Source: an uncultured delta proteobacterium
GTDB taxonomy: Bacteria > Desulfobacterota > Desulfobacteria > Desulfobacterales > B30-G6
NCBI GenBank assembly: GCA_963823335.1
Contig: CAWGLD010000001.1
Location: 256,001-320,000, forward strand
Direction of reading: 5' to 3'
DNA length: 64,000 nucleotides
Under the pieces are notes generated by a model. That model saw nothing but the letters and a program-made list of their open reading frames with translations, was not told where the DNA came from and ran no database searches. Shown here in pieces: positions 28,383 to 37,919 of the stretch (the stretch's first letter is position 1; every line of letters begins with the position of its first letter). The position numbers and the translations under genes were made by a program.

Positions 28383-29567
28383 ATGATACCGGTTGAAATA
28401 TCAAAAAATGTCTATGATGTCGGCGTCACGGATTGGAATATTCGTGACTTTCATGGTTATTCCACCCATGCCGGAACCTCGTACAACGCTTTTCTCGTCC
28501 TGGATGAAAAGGTTGCGCTCATCGATACGGTGAAAGCGCCGTTTTGTGATCAGTTGCTGGATAACATTTCAAAAGTTATCGACCCCAGAAAAATTGATAT
28601 GGTCATCAGCAATCATACTGAAATGGATCACTCGGGAAGTCTGCCGCGCGTTATGCATCGCATTGGTGAAGACAAGCCCCTATACTGCTCCATAATGGGT
28701 GCCAAGAACCTGGCCCTGCACTATCCGCAGGCATGGAACCTTCAGCCTGTAAAAAGCGGTCAGGAGGTCAGCATCGGCGCCAAAACATTCATGTTTCTCG
28801 AAACACGCATGGTACACTGGCCGGACAGTATGTTCACCTATCTGAAAGAGGATAAAATCCTCTTTTCCAGTGACGGGTTTGGTCAACACTATGCCAGTTA
28901 TGATAAATTTGATGATTTTGCAGGTGAAGATGTCATGTATCAGGCAAAAAAATATTTTGCCAACATCTTGCTGCTCTATGCACCGAAAATTCTCAAATTG
29001 ATCGAGCAGGTCCAGTCCCTGGGGCTTGAAATCGGTATGATTTGCCCGGATCATGGGATTATCTGGCGCAAAAACCCCGCAAGAATCATCGATGCTTACA
29101 TCAAATGGAGCCAGCCTACAGCGGAAAAAAAAGCGGTGGTGGTTTACGACACCATGTGGAACAGCACCAAGATGATGGCCGAAGCCATCTCAGAAGGTAT
29201 CTCGAGCAAGGGCGTAACCGTCGTTCCCATGCATATTCGAAGTTCTCATCGCAGTGACATCATGACCGAAGTTCTGGATGCAAAGGCGGTCGTCGTAGGC
29301 TCACCCACATTGAACAACCAGATGTTTCCAACCGTGGCCGATTTTTTGACCTATATGAAGGGGCTCAAGCCCACCGATAAAATCGGCGGTGTATTTGGAT
29401 CTTATGGCTGGAGTGGTGAGTCCGTCAAAATGGTTCAAGCCCAACTGGAAGCTATGAACTTTGATGTCATTGAACCGGGTGTCAAAATTCAGTACATCCC
29501 GGACTCGAATGGTTTGTCGGCCTGTTATGACTATGGTCAGAGAATTGCCCAGGCCGTGGTGGGATAA
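28383..29567 (+). CDS. fprA: flavodiiron protein (FprA / rubredoxin:oxygen oxidoreductase)
   Basis: NHTEMDHSG, HWPDSM, SSDGFGQH, PDHG, C-terminal flavodoxin domain. Confidence 0.93.
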   Translation: MIPVEISKNVYDVGVTDWNIRDFHGYSTHAGTSYNAFLVLDEKVALIDTVKAPFCDQLLDNISKVIDPRKIDMVISNHTEMDHSGSLPRVMHRIGEDKPLYCSIMGAKNLALHYPQAWNLQPVKSGQEVSIGAKTFMFLETRMVHWPDSMFTYLKEDKILFSSDGFGQHYASYDKFDDFAGEDVMYQAKKYFANILLLYAPKILKLIEQVQSLGLEIGMICPDHGIIWRKNPARIIDAYIKWSQPTAEKKAVVVYDTMWNSTKMMAEAISEGISSKGVTVVPMHIRSSHRSDIMTEVLDAKAVVVGSPTLNNQMFPTVADFLTYMKGLKPTDKIGGVFGSYGWSGESVKMVQAQLEAMNFDVIEPGVKIQYIPDSNGLSACYDYGQRIAQAVVG

Positions 29568-29572
29568 CCCAT

Positions 29573-29770
29573 ATGAAAAAACCAACCGTGGATATCGGTG
29601 CGTGCAGCCTCTGCGAAGGATGTATCGAGGTCTGTCCGTCTGTTTTTTTTATCAATCACATGGGTTATATAGACGTTGCCGAGTTGGCCGTATATCCTGA
29701 ATCAATGGTGGATGAAGCCATCAAATACTGCCCTGAAGACTGCATTTCATGGGAGGAAGTGCTGGAATGA
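29573..29770 (+). CDS. ferredoxin (single cluster)
   Basis: CSLCEGCIEVCP and CPEDCI. Confidence 0.88.
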   Translation: MKKPTVDIGACSLCEGCIEVCPSVFFINHMGYIDVAELAVYPESMVDEAIKYCPEDCISWEEVLE

Positions 29771-29895
29771 AGAAAATCGCCCTGTTTGCCTTTAATGGCG
29801 ATCCGCTGTGCTTTATTCATGTACTGGATGAGATGAGTGGTCATCCGAGTATGGCCCGATACATGGCCGAGGGGTTTGAGGTGATAACGTTTTGA
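29767..29895 (+). pseudogene. internally deleted DsrE-like cytoplasmic protein (42 aa remnant)
   Basis: MKKIALFAFNGDPLCFIHVL joined directly to DEMSGHPSMARYMAEGFEVITF, i.e. both termini of a DsrE/DsrF-like family; ATGA overlap with the ferredoxin. Confidence 0.65.
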
Positions 29896-29958
29896 ACCTC
29901 TTCCTTTTTTTTAAAACCGAAAATTTCCATGAGATCTAATTGAGCCGAAGTAATCACA

Positions 29959-30056
29959 AAGGGTTGGAGGGTAGGAGGTTTGGGGGGTAAAGGGTACGAC
30001 CTCTCCAACCCTGTTTTTTCCCTCCAACCCTTAAAACCTCAAACCCTCCAACCCTT
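29959..30056. repeat. G-rich/C-rich low-complexity inverted repeat (family D-like)
   Basis: GGGTTGGAGGG tracts followed by CCTCCAACCCT tracts. Confidence 0.65.
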
Positions 30057-30061
30057 AATAT

Positions 30062-30772
30062 ATGCCCTTCCGCCAACTCAAAAAGGAGGTTTTCAAACTC
30101 CTCATTCGCGATGATTTTTCCGACAGCCTTGTCCAGCTCTCCCGTCTGCCCGGGAGACAGGTCGTCAATCCGCTCTTTTCCTTTCTTTACCACGCCGACG
30201 ATATGGTCCGCTGGCACGCTGTTTCCGCCATGGGCGTGGTCACTGCAGGACTTGCAGAGAAAAACATGGAATCGGCACGCGTCATCATGAGACGCCTGAT
30301 ATGGAATCTGAACGATGAATCCGGCGGAATCGGGTGGGGCTCTCCGGAATCCATGGGAGATATCATGGCCCGCAGTGATCTCATTGCCCGGGAATTTTCT
30401 AAAATTCTCATTTCCTATGTCCTGCCGCACGGAAATTTCCTGGAACACGAAATCCTCCAAAGGGGGCTGCTCTGGGGGCTTTATCGCCTGAGCCAAGAAA
30501 AACCCGAGCTCACTTACGACGCAGCACCTTTTGTCCGACCTTTTTTAACATCAAGCGACCCTTTTCATAGAGGTCTGGCGATCTGTTTTGCCGAGACTGC
30601 GCGTGATGCCAAATCCATCCCCTATTTAAAAAACCTTATCCGGGATGACACGTCGATCTCACTTTACACCGATTTCCGGATGACCTCCCATAAAATGGCG
30701 AACCTGGCGGCCTCTGCAATGGCAACCATCGAACACAACACCTCATTCCCGGACAGCTCTCCTGCTAATTGA
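30062..30772 (+). CDS. HEAT-repeat protein (DVU0298-like)
   Basis: ESARVIMRRLIWNLNDESGGIGWGSPE motif. Confidence 0.82.
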   Translation: MPFRQLKKEVFKLLIRDDFSDSLVQLSRLPGRQVVNPLFSFLYHADDMVRWHAVSAMGVVTAGLAEKNMESARVIMRRLIWNLNDESGGIGWGSPESMGDIMARSDLIAREFSKILISYVLPHGNFLEHEILQRGLLWGLYRLSQEKPELTYDAAPFVRPFLTSSDPFHRGLAICFAETARDAKSIPYLKNLIRDDTSISLYTDFRMTSHKMANLAASAMATIEHNTSFPDSSPAN

Positions 30773-30842
30773 CCTGTAACTGAGTATGCAGTAACAGATA
30801 TTTCCACGATGCAGGCAGTGCCTATGGGATAGACGACAACTG

Positions 30843-31964
30843 TTAACCCGAATATATCTTCTCCACAAACCGCTGCCATTGATCGAGACATTCGGGCATA
30901 TTTCGACGACCGAAACCAATGCGGAAGCAGTCATGCCCTGTGCTGTAAAGCGTTCCGGGCGCCAGCAGGACGCCGGCCTGATCCACCAAGTCATGACAAA
31001 ACTGACCCACAGATCCTCCCCCAAGATACCTGGGAAACGCGATGGGACCTGCCAGGGGTTCCCGCCACCCGAACAGGTCTTGATGGACACTGAAAAAATC
31101 ATTCAGCACTTGAAGGTTGGTTTTAATTATCTCCAGATTACGCTGGACGATGGCATCGCCATGGGCCAACGCCAGGGTTGCCAGAAACTCGCTCGGGGCA
31201 CTGTTGCAAATCGTCGTGTAGTCCTTGAAGGCAGCCAGTTTACCATAGAGAGATGCATTCCGGGTGGCAATCCAGCCGATTCGCAGACCGGGCAGGCCAT
31301 AGGTTTTGGACATCACGCCCAGGGAAACCGCATGCTCGTTCAGATCCGAGAAAGCCGGGAGCCGATGTTCAGGCAGATACTCCAATCCACGATAAACCTC
31401 ATCCGAAAAAATGAGAAAACCATATTCATCTGAAAGTTTTGACAATTCGGACACAAAGGAAATATCGGGAAGGTACCCGGTGGGGTTATGGGGAAAATTG
31501 ACCACAACGACGCGGGTGTTATTTTCCAGCCGGTCCTTTAAAAAATTGAGGTCCAGAGACCAGCCCTGGTCGGCATTACCTACCCACTCGGTAACCTTAG
31601 CACCGATGCTGCGGGCAATTTCCCCCAGGGACTGGTAGTGAGGGGTGTGAACAATGACATGATCCCCCGGCTGCAGGGCAACCTGCATGAAATTGAATAT
31701 TGCCTCCTCAGCGCCGGCATGAACAAGAATATGCTCCAAAGAATTGTGGGTGTACAAGGAGGCAATGGCTTGCCGAAGCTCCGGGCTTCCAATGGATTCG
31801 GTGTATCCGAGCCAGAGAGATAGAAACCGCTTCTGTGCATCCGGGTCGAATCTCAACAACGCATCGATGGTCAAGCTTTCGCAATCAGAGCAACACAGCA
31901 GGTAGGGAGCCTTAAATTCATGGGCTGCAAAATAACGTTCAAGTCGAAAGGGCTCAGGCTTCAT
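30843..31964 (-). CDS. PLP-dependent class I/II aminotransferase
   Basis: NFPHNPTG, SDEVY, MSKTYGLPGLRIGW. Confidence 0.9.
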   Translation of the reverse strand: MKPEPFRLERYFAAHEFKAPYLLCCSDCESLTIDALLRFDPDAQKRFLSLWLGYTESIGSPELRQAIASLYTHNSLEHILVHAGAEEAIFNFMQVALQPGDHVIVHTPHYQSLGEIARSIGAKVTEWVGNADQGWSLDLNFLKDRLENNTRVVVVNFPHNPTGYLPDISFVSELSKLSDEYGFLIFSDEVYRGLEYLPEHRLPAFSDLNEHAVSLGVMSKTYGLPGLRIGWIATRNASLYGKLAAFKDYTTICNSAPSEFLATLALAHGDAIVQRNLEIIKTNLQVLNDFFSVHQDLFGWREPLAGPIAFPRYLGGGSVGQFCHDLVDQAGVLLAPGTLYSTGHDCFRIGFGRRNMPECLDQWQRFVEKIYSG

Positions 31965-32757
31965 GGTGGGCCTCCGCCAAGTCCTTCAGGTGGTAAAAAG
32001 AAAAAGCATCCATGGCCATCATCCTTTCCAACAGCCCCTCGATAAATGCCAGTGCGTTGTCGTTCAGGCGCTGGTGATGAATCATGATCCCACAGAATCC
32101 ATTCGCAATGCCTGTGGCCAATTCAGTATAAAGATTTTTCCATCCCATAACAACCGAACGCTCCTTGCGGGTGTGCAGATCCACATTTATCTGAAAATCG
32201 GGCATGTCCGCCGGGGCAAGGGGAGATGCACCCCGGCTCCTGGAAATCGCCAGGTATCCTGAGGAGATAAGAACGCCCAGGGTTTCTTCTGAACAACGGT
32301 TCCAGGGCGGTGTAAATGCTGGAAAGAAAGCGTCCTGCATCAATGACCTCAGTCGCTCTCCCCCGCGCATAAGATCCTGTTCGATCTCCGCCATGGACCG
32401 CGCCGGGCCAAACTCCTGTTTTTTCCCGCTGGGCTCATGGTTCGTGTGCCGCCAGCCATGCTGGTAAAAGCACCAGAGATTGGAATGCTTGTTGCACAGA
32501 CGTTCAATGCTCTTCCAGCGGGTCTCCGTAAGCCATGTGGGCACCACAGACATGGAAAGCGGCACCTGATAACGGGAAAAAACATCCACAAGTTCACGAA
32601 ATCGCTTCCCGGGAACGGCAACATCGTCCGCCCGAAAAAAAACCGGTATCGGGTCCTGACCATCGGCTGCAGCCAGCGCCTCTGTCAAACAACGATCGAG
32701 ATCCATTTTTAGATCACGACAGTCATGGTTCCATATCACTGAAATGGGATAGGGCAT
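31954..32757 (-). CDS. polysaccharide deacetylase family protein
   Basis: FFRADD, QHGWRH.NH, FTPPWNR, MIHH; start uncertain. Confidence 0.82.
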   Translation of the reverse strand: MPYPISVIWNHDCRDLKMDLDRCLTEALAAADGQDPIPVFFRADDVAVPGKRFRELVDVFSRYQVPLSMSVVPTWLTETRWKSIERLCNKHSNLWCFYQHGWRHTNHEPSGKKQEFGPARSMAEIEQDLMRGGERLRSLMQDAFFPAFTPPWNRCSEETLGVLISSGYLAISRSRGASPLAPADMPDFQINVDLHTRKERSVVMGWKNLYTELATGIANGFCGIMIHHQRLNDNALAFIEGLLERMMAMDAFSFYHLKDLAEAHHEA

Positions 32758-32781
32758 GGTAATTGCTCCAGATAAGAACAA

Positions 32782-32914
32782 AGGGTTCAGGGGTGAAGGT
32801 TTGGAGGGTTTGAGGGGGTAATGTTCGAGCTATTGGTAATATGCATGATGCTGTCTATCGCTAACGCCATAGATCTTACCCACCAACCCTCCATCTCTCA
32901 AACCCTCCAACCCT
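32782..32914. repeat. G-rich/C-rich low-complexity inverted repeat (family D-like)
   Basis: AGGGTTCAGGGGTGAAGGTTTGGAGGGTTTGAGGGGG ... CTCAAACCCTCCAACCCT; overlaps the GT28-like gene stop. Confidence 0.6.
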
Positions 32915-34055
32915 GTATCTCTGCTACCCAGGCAGCAGTTTTTTTCGCACCATCCAAATCTATGTCACCTGCAGGCCGTTCCTTTTCCTTCAGCATCCGT
33001 GTCATCAAACCGGCCAGCCGCGCCGGGTCCATATCTTTGTCCGAAAGTATCTGCAGGCCTCCCCGTCTCGCCAAGCTTTCCACCCGGAGGCGCTGTTCCC
33101 GGTTCTGTGAAAACGGCCAGACAAGTGCGGGAACTCCGGCTGCCATGATATTCATGCTGGTGTTATAGCCTGCCATGCTCACGGACAGATCTGCAGCGTC
33201 GAGAAAGGAAAGAAAGTCAGGTGTGAAACGATTCACGTGAATAACCGGACTCTCGAAAGATTTCAAATCGGAAAAGGATCCCTCGTCCAGAAAAGGACCC
33301 GTAAAAACCTGCAACCGGCAGTTTCTGGGCAACTGCGCAAAGGCCTTTACAACGGCTGCCAACAATTCGCCCCCCACCTTTCCACCGCCGGCACTGGCGA
33401 CAACAAAACAGTCGTTATGGCCGATACCCAGCTTTGTTCGGAGATCTTTCCCGGATCCCGGCACGGGTTTCGGTGTAACGAAACCCGTGTAGATGATGGG
33501 AATCGAGATGTCAACCAGCCGTGAAAACGTGGCATCCAGTTTTAAAAACCCGGGATCCGAATGAATCAGCAACGTATCGAAATAGCGATTCAACCGCTTG
33601 ATCACACCTTCTTCATAGGATGCCGCGTTCTCTTTTTCCACCAGGACATCTCTGAGGCTGCAGACAACCCGACAGGGCCGCAGGGAGCCGTCGCGGATAC
33701 TCTCGAGAATCGGATCGAGTTCAAACCGGAATGCCTTGCGCCCAAAAGGATAGAGCTCTGTCATGAAGACATCCGGCGCCGTCTCTTCAAAAAGACGGAA
33801 GAGCATTCTCTGCCGCTCCTTTTTTACCGCATCGACGTGTTTTCCCTTTTCCGTCGAGAACATATTTTTAAAGTCTTCGTTCATCATCAACCCTGGAAGA
33901 CGCAGTTCCCGAACATGTCCCGGCAGAGGGATATCGGGTCTCTCGCCACCCGAAACCAGCGTGACACCGTGATCTTTCAGCTTATCACAGATCTCGCGAG
34001 TTCGGAAAAAATGGCCGATTCCGAGAACATGCTGACAGTAGAATACAATTTTCAC
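32898..34055 (-). CDS. glycosyltransferase (GT28 C-terminal domain type)
   Basis: YCQHVLGIGH, ELYPFGR, SAGGGKVG, SMAGYNT, REQRLR. Confidence 0.85.
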   Translation of the reverse strand: MKIVFYCQHVLGIGHFFRTREICDKLKDHGVTLVSGGERPDIPLPGHVRELRLPGLMMNEDFKNMFSTEKGKHVDAVKKERQRMLFRLFEETAPDVFMTELYPFGRKAFRFELDPILESIRDGSLRPCRVVCSLRDVLVEKENAASYEEGVIKRLNRYFDTLLIHSDPGFLKLDATFSRLVDISIPIIYTGFVTPKPVPGSGKDLRTKLGIGHNDCFVVASAGGGKVGGELLAAVVKAFAQLPRNCRLQVFTGPFLDEGSFSDLKSFESPVIHVNRFTPDFLSFLDAADLSVSMAGYNTSMNIMAAGVPALVWPFSQNREQRLRVESLARRGGLQILSDKDMDPARLAGLMTRMLKEKERPAGDIDLDGAKKTAAWVAEIQGWRV

Positions 34056-34141
34056 GGCATCATCTCCAGATAGGTGTTATCCTGAAACGCTCAGACGTTA
34101 AGCCATAAACGGTAAGCTACAAGCTGTAAGCCGCTTAGAGC

Positions 34142-34759
34142 TTACAGCTCAATCGCGTTCACTCGCTCGATCTCCAATCCCGTCTCCCCGACTTCGAGCC
34201 AGTGCAAATGACGTGGTTTGATCATGGCCGGCTCCTGGGGTAGAAATTTTCTTTGGGCCAGACCATAGAGAAGACACTTGATAACGCCTTGGTGGGTGAC
34301 CGTCAAAATCGTTTCCCCCGGCCACCTCCTGGATGCGTCTTCCAGGGCATTCCGGCTCCTCAGCCAGAGAGCCCTGCGGCTTTCACCGCCAGGCGGACAA
34401 AATTGCCAACCGGCCTGTTCCATGATTCTCAGTTCTCCCGGAATCTGGTCCCGAATATCTCGAATCCGCCTGCCAGTCCAGACGCCCCAGTCCAGTTCAC
34501 GCAGCTGGGACATTTTTTCCATGGGCACCTTCAAGACCCGGTTGATCCATTCGGCCGTGGCAACCGTTCGACCCAGGTCACTGGTGATCATACGATCAAA
34601 GGGCACGGCCGCCAGTTGCTCTCCCCAGGTCCGGGACTGCGTCCTTCCTTTCGTGGTGAGAGGCGAATCCTCTTGCCCCTGGATCATTTTGTCCAGATTC
34701 CACACCGTCTGTGCGTGTCTTATCAAACCGAAGCGCGTGGGGGATTCTCTATCCAACAT
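34142..34759 (-). CDS. histidine phosphatase (phosphoglycerate mutase-like)
   Basis: LIRHAQT, SDLGRT, LRELDWG, GGES, VTHQGVI. Confidence 0.88.
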   Translation of the reverse strand: MLDRESPTRFGLIRHAQTVWNLDKMIQGQEDSPLTTKGRTQSRTWGEQLAAVPFDRMITSDLGRTVATAEWINRVLKVPMEKMSQLRELDWGVWTGRRIRDIRDQIPGELRIMEQAGWQFCPPGGESRRALWLRSRNALEDASRRWPGETILTVTHQGVIKCLLYGLAQRKFLPQEPAMIKPRHLHWLEVGETGLEIERVNAIEL

Positions 34760-34798
34760 GGCAGTTTTAAGTTTTAAGGTTTAGGTTTCGTTAAGAGT

Positions 34799-36082
34799 CT
34801 ACCGATTCCTGATTTCTCTTGGCATTAGTCTCAATTCCGGCACCTCTTTGCGATAAATAGAAAACAGATCCTCGATGAGAGCCCGGTTGTTGAAAGCCCG
34901 GTGGACCTTTTCTTTTCCGGAATGAATAATCTCTTCCCGCAGGTGTCTATCCGTAAGAATGCGCAGCATGGCGTCCGCCATTTCCTCGTCATTTCCCGGC
35001 TGAACCAGGAGACCGGTCTTGCCGTCCTCGATCAACTCCGGAATAGCTGAAAGTCGCGTCCCCACAACCGGCAGCCCCATTGCCAGGCACTCCACAAAGA
35101 CATTCGGTATGCCGTCCTGATCACCGTTGGCGGCCTGCTCGCAGCCCAGAACAAAAAGGTCCGAGCGGCGATAATAATCCAGAACACGCTCGTGGGTGAG
35201 GGTGCCCACCCATTGGCATGACCCGCAAAGACCGAGATCGCGAATCAAGGTCAAGAGCTTGTTCCTATCATCACCGTCTCCAATGAGTGTGTGTTGAAAA
35301 TCGACACCCTTACGCTGCAGCCGTTGTAGCGCCCGGTATACTGTGGGAAGACCTTTTTTGGGAACCAGACGCGCCACCGTTACAAAATAATAGGGCGCCA
35401 TTGGATTCCTGCGGGCCTCCCCGCCGGAAAAAAGGCCCAGATCAATGCCATGATACATCCGGTACAGGGAAACATCGCCATGGCCGTTCAGACGTGAAAG
35501 GTGGCGTCGGTTGTACTCCGTACAGGTGACCACAAAACGAGCTTTGGTCATTTTCTCCTTCAACTGCAGCGAGTTCGAGGTATAGATATCCTTGGCATGT
35601 CCCGTAAAACTGAAGTCGATTCCGCTCAACTGGCTCGCGAACATGGCCACTGAAGACGGCGAGTGTGCAAAATGTGCGTGAAAGTGAACCACACGGCTGC
35701 CCGGCAGCAATTTCTGGACCAGATAACCGGCCTGAAGCAAATGTTTGATGGTGGCTGATTTGTGGGTTCGCAGAAATCTCCGGAACGCCACCAGGCATGC
35801 ACGCAGATAAGCACCGGGTTTCTTTATGGCCAGAACGATATTGTAAAACAGGAGTTGCGGCAATGCTTCCAGGATTGACTGAGGCAGGTAATCTACCCTG
35901 GCCTTGATCTGTTGGACGCTTTTATGAGAAAAGGATTCCCGGGGATGACGCATGGAAAAAATATGAATAAAAATTCCCTGTTGTTCCAGCAGCAGAATCT
36001 CGTTCGATATAAAACTTTCTGAAATCCTTGGATAACCCTTTAGAATCATTCCGAGAAAAGGCTTTGTGCTCTGCAGTGTCAT
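34799..36082 (-). CDS. GT4 glycosyltransferase (WcaL-like)
   Basis: KGYPRISESFI, HAHFAH, HAKDIY, ARLVPKKG, DGIPNV..E. Confidence 0.88.
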   Translation of the reverse strand: MTLQSTKPFLGMILKGYPRISESFISNEILLLEQQGIFIHIFSMRHPRESFSHKSVQQIKARVDYLPQSILEALPQLLFYNIVLAIKKPGAYLRACLVAFRRFLRTHKSATIKHLLQAGYLVQKLLPGSRVVHFHAHFAHSPSSVAMFASQLSGIDFSFTGHAKDIYTSNSLQLKEKMTKARFVVTCTEYNRRHLSRLNGHGDVSLYRMYHGIDLGLFSGGEARRNPMAPYYFVTVARLVPKKGLPTVYRALQRLQRKGVDFQHTLIGDGDDRNKLLTLIRDLGLCGSCQWVGTLTHERVLDYYRRSDLFVLGCEQAANGDQDGIPNVFVECLAMGLPVVGTRLSAIPELIEDGKTGLLVQPGNDEEMADAMLRILTDRHLREEIIHSGKEKVHRAFNNRALIEDLFSIYRKEVPELRLMPREIRNR

Positions 36083-36654
36083 AGCGTGGTTCCGGTGTCC
36101 TCAGGCAATCGGAATCTGGATCGATGAAGGAAGGTTTCAATGGCTTCCCGGGTCATCTCCTCTCTTTCACCGACCTTTCTGGCAGGATTCCCTGCCCAGA
36201 TTTCGAAAGGACCTGGGTTTTTTGTCAGCACAGAACCGGCGCCCAGTACAAATCCATCCGGCAGATGCGTGGCCTGATACAACACCATCGACCCGTCATG
36301 AATCCACACATCGGCCCCGATCTCCTTGTCCTGCCACAACACCCCCAGCGCATTCTCCAGCAGGGCCAGCGGCTGTTTTCCTAAATGAAGGGTGTCGTGG
36401 GTGTAGATCCGGACACGCGGGCCGATGTTACACCACGGGCCTACCCGGATAGATCCGGTACAATCCAATAGGGAAAACGGACTGATAGCCAGATTTGTTT
36501 CCAGACCGGGTGTCTCATAAGCCTTTGGTGAGACAATCAACCGTCCCTTGTGAACATGTTTGTGCGGATACCTCACCGCCCTTTCCAGAGCTGCCTGCAG
36601 CTGGTCTTTCGTCATGGTAGCGGCATCCGGTTTCATTTTCCGTTCAGGTCTCAT
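36079..36654 (-). CDS. left-handed beta-helix acyltransferase
   Basis: Hexapeptide repeats, IYTHD, VLGAGSVLTK, WAGNPARK. Confidence 0.82.
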   Translation of the reverse strand: MRPERKMKPDAATMTKDQLQAALERAVRYPHKHVHKGRLIVSPKAYETPGLETNLAISPFSLLDCTGSIRVGPWCNIGPRVRIYTHDTLHLGKQPLALLENALGVLWQDKEIGADVWIHDGSMVLYQATHLPDGFVLGAGSVLTKNPGPFEIWAGNPARKVGEREEMTREAIETFLHRSRFRLPEDTGTTL

Positions 36655-36669
36655 AAAGTTCTTTTTTTT

Positions 36670-36726
36670 AGCTGTTAGCCATAAGCCATAAGCTGCTGAC
36701 TGCTTATGGCTTATGGCTTATGGCTT
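36670..36726. repeat. heptamer palindromic repeat family E
   Basis: AGCCATAAGCCATAAGC ... GCTTATGGCTTATGGCTTATGGCT; overlaps the GSCFA gene stop. Confidence 0.7.
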
Positions 36727-37678
36727 GCGAAGCCGAATAAAAACGATAAAACTGCTTCATGATAAACGCCACAGTTTCCCGGTTGACATGGAAATTCTCC
36801 TTGCCCTCCGCAAAATAGGTTTTTCCCATCAGCATGCGGTAGATGGTTGCCATTTCAAACGCCGGGAAATAGTACACATTCTCGTGTCGGGAAACAAATT
36901 CATCCGCTGCAGCACGTAATGTGGATTTGGAGTTACAACTGGCACTGATCACATCCAGATCCTGGCGAAACGTTGCCCAGAGGTGCACCGGCGAAACCGT
37001 GACAAGAAGCTGGCATTCAGGGTTGTGCTGCAACATCAACGCATGGATTCTTTCCAGGTTGTCCATGTTCTCCGTATACCGGCTGACGCGGAACCGATAC
37101 CTGTCCATGCTGCCGCCTTCCTTGACATAGGGGCCCGAGGGCAGGCAGATGACGGAGCCATCCATTGTGTCCTCCCATATCTCCGTGAGCCCGAGGGTCA
37201 GAATAAGAACCCGGGCGCGTTTCAGCGCACGTCGGCTGCAGACAATGTGGTGGCTAAAATCCTTTTCCGCCGCCGGAATGGATTCATATAGAATAATCCT
37301 GCGGTATGGATCTTGAATTTTACCTGACAACGGTGCCGTCCACCAGCGGATGTCCGGTATGAAAGAAGCGAACGTATATTCGAATATCTGCCGCATGGCG
37401 AATGTATTGTACGTTCTTTCCCAGGCCGCGCTGGCATGAACGGATGCCGGATGTTCCACCTCTTCCGCAATATAGGCATATCCCTCCTTGATCAGCGATT
37501 TGCGGATCTCGCGTGCAAAACAAGAGCCCATGGAAGCAATGGGTGTTTCCGGTGAAATTGCCAAGCCTGTCTGGTCGGGAAAGGAATACAGACCGTCAGC
37601 CGGCGGGTTGTCATAACTGCCGGGCCAAACCTGCCATTGCTCAAATTTGTGACCCGGATGGACCTCTGATTTTGCCAT
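36704..37678 (-). CDS. GSCFA-domain protein (SGNH-like)
   Basis: Literal MGSCFA, LTLGLTE.W, TVSPV.L.AT, SKSTLRA, YFPAFE, HV. Confidence 0.88.
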   Translation of the reverse strand: MAKSEVHPGHKFEQWQVWPGSYDNPPADGLYSFPDQTGLAISPETPIASMGSCFAREIRKSLIKEGYAYIAEEVEHPASVHASAAWERTYNTFAMRQIFEYTFASFIPDIRWWTAPLSGKIQDPYRRIILYESIPAAEKDFSHHIVCSRRALKRARVLILTLGLTEIWEDTMDGSVICLPSGPYVKEGGSMDRYRFRVSRYTENMDNLERIHALMLQHNPECQLLVTVSPVHLWATFRQDLDVISASCNSKSTLRAAADEFVSRHENVYYFPAFEMATIYRMLMGKTYFAEGKENFHVNRETVAFIMKQFYRFYSASQAISHKP

Positions 37679-37919
37679 GCATATAACCCTGAATTATTCC
37701 CCTGATACCATTTGTGAATAAAAATGTACTTTACCATACTCGTATCTGATCTAAAAGCCACTTTTATTCTGTTCTCAAAAATGGAGAAATATGTTAACAA
37801 TAGCCTTGTAAACGCAATTTTAAGAGACCGTGACCTTGTCACTGAATGCAGAAAGGTCTATTGCACCCCTGGAACGGGTTGCCGTCAGGGAGCATAGGGT
37901 CGTATATAAGGATTAAAAT

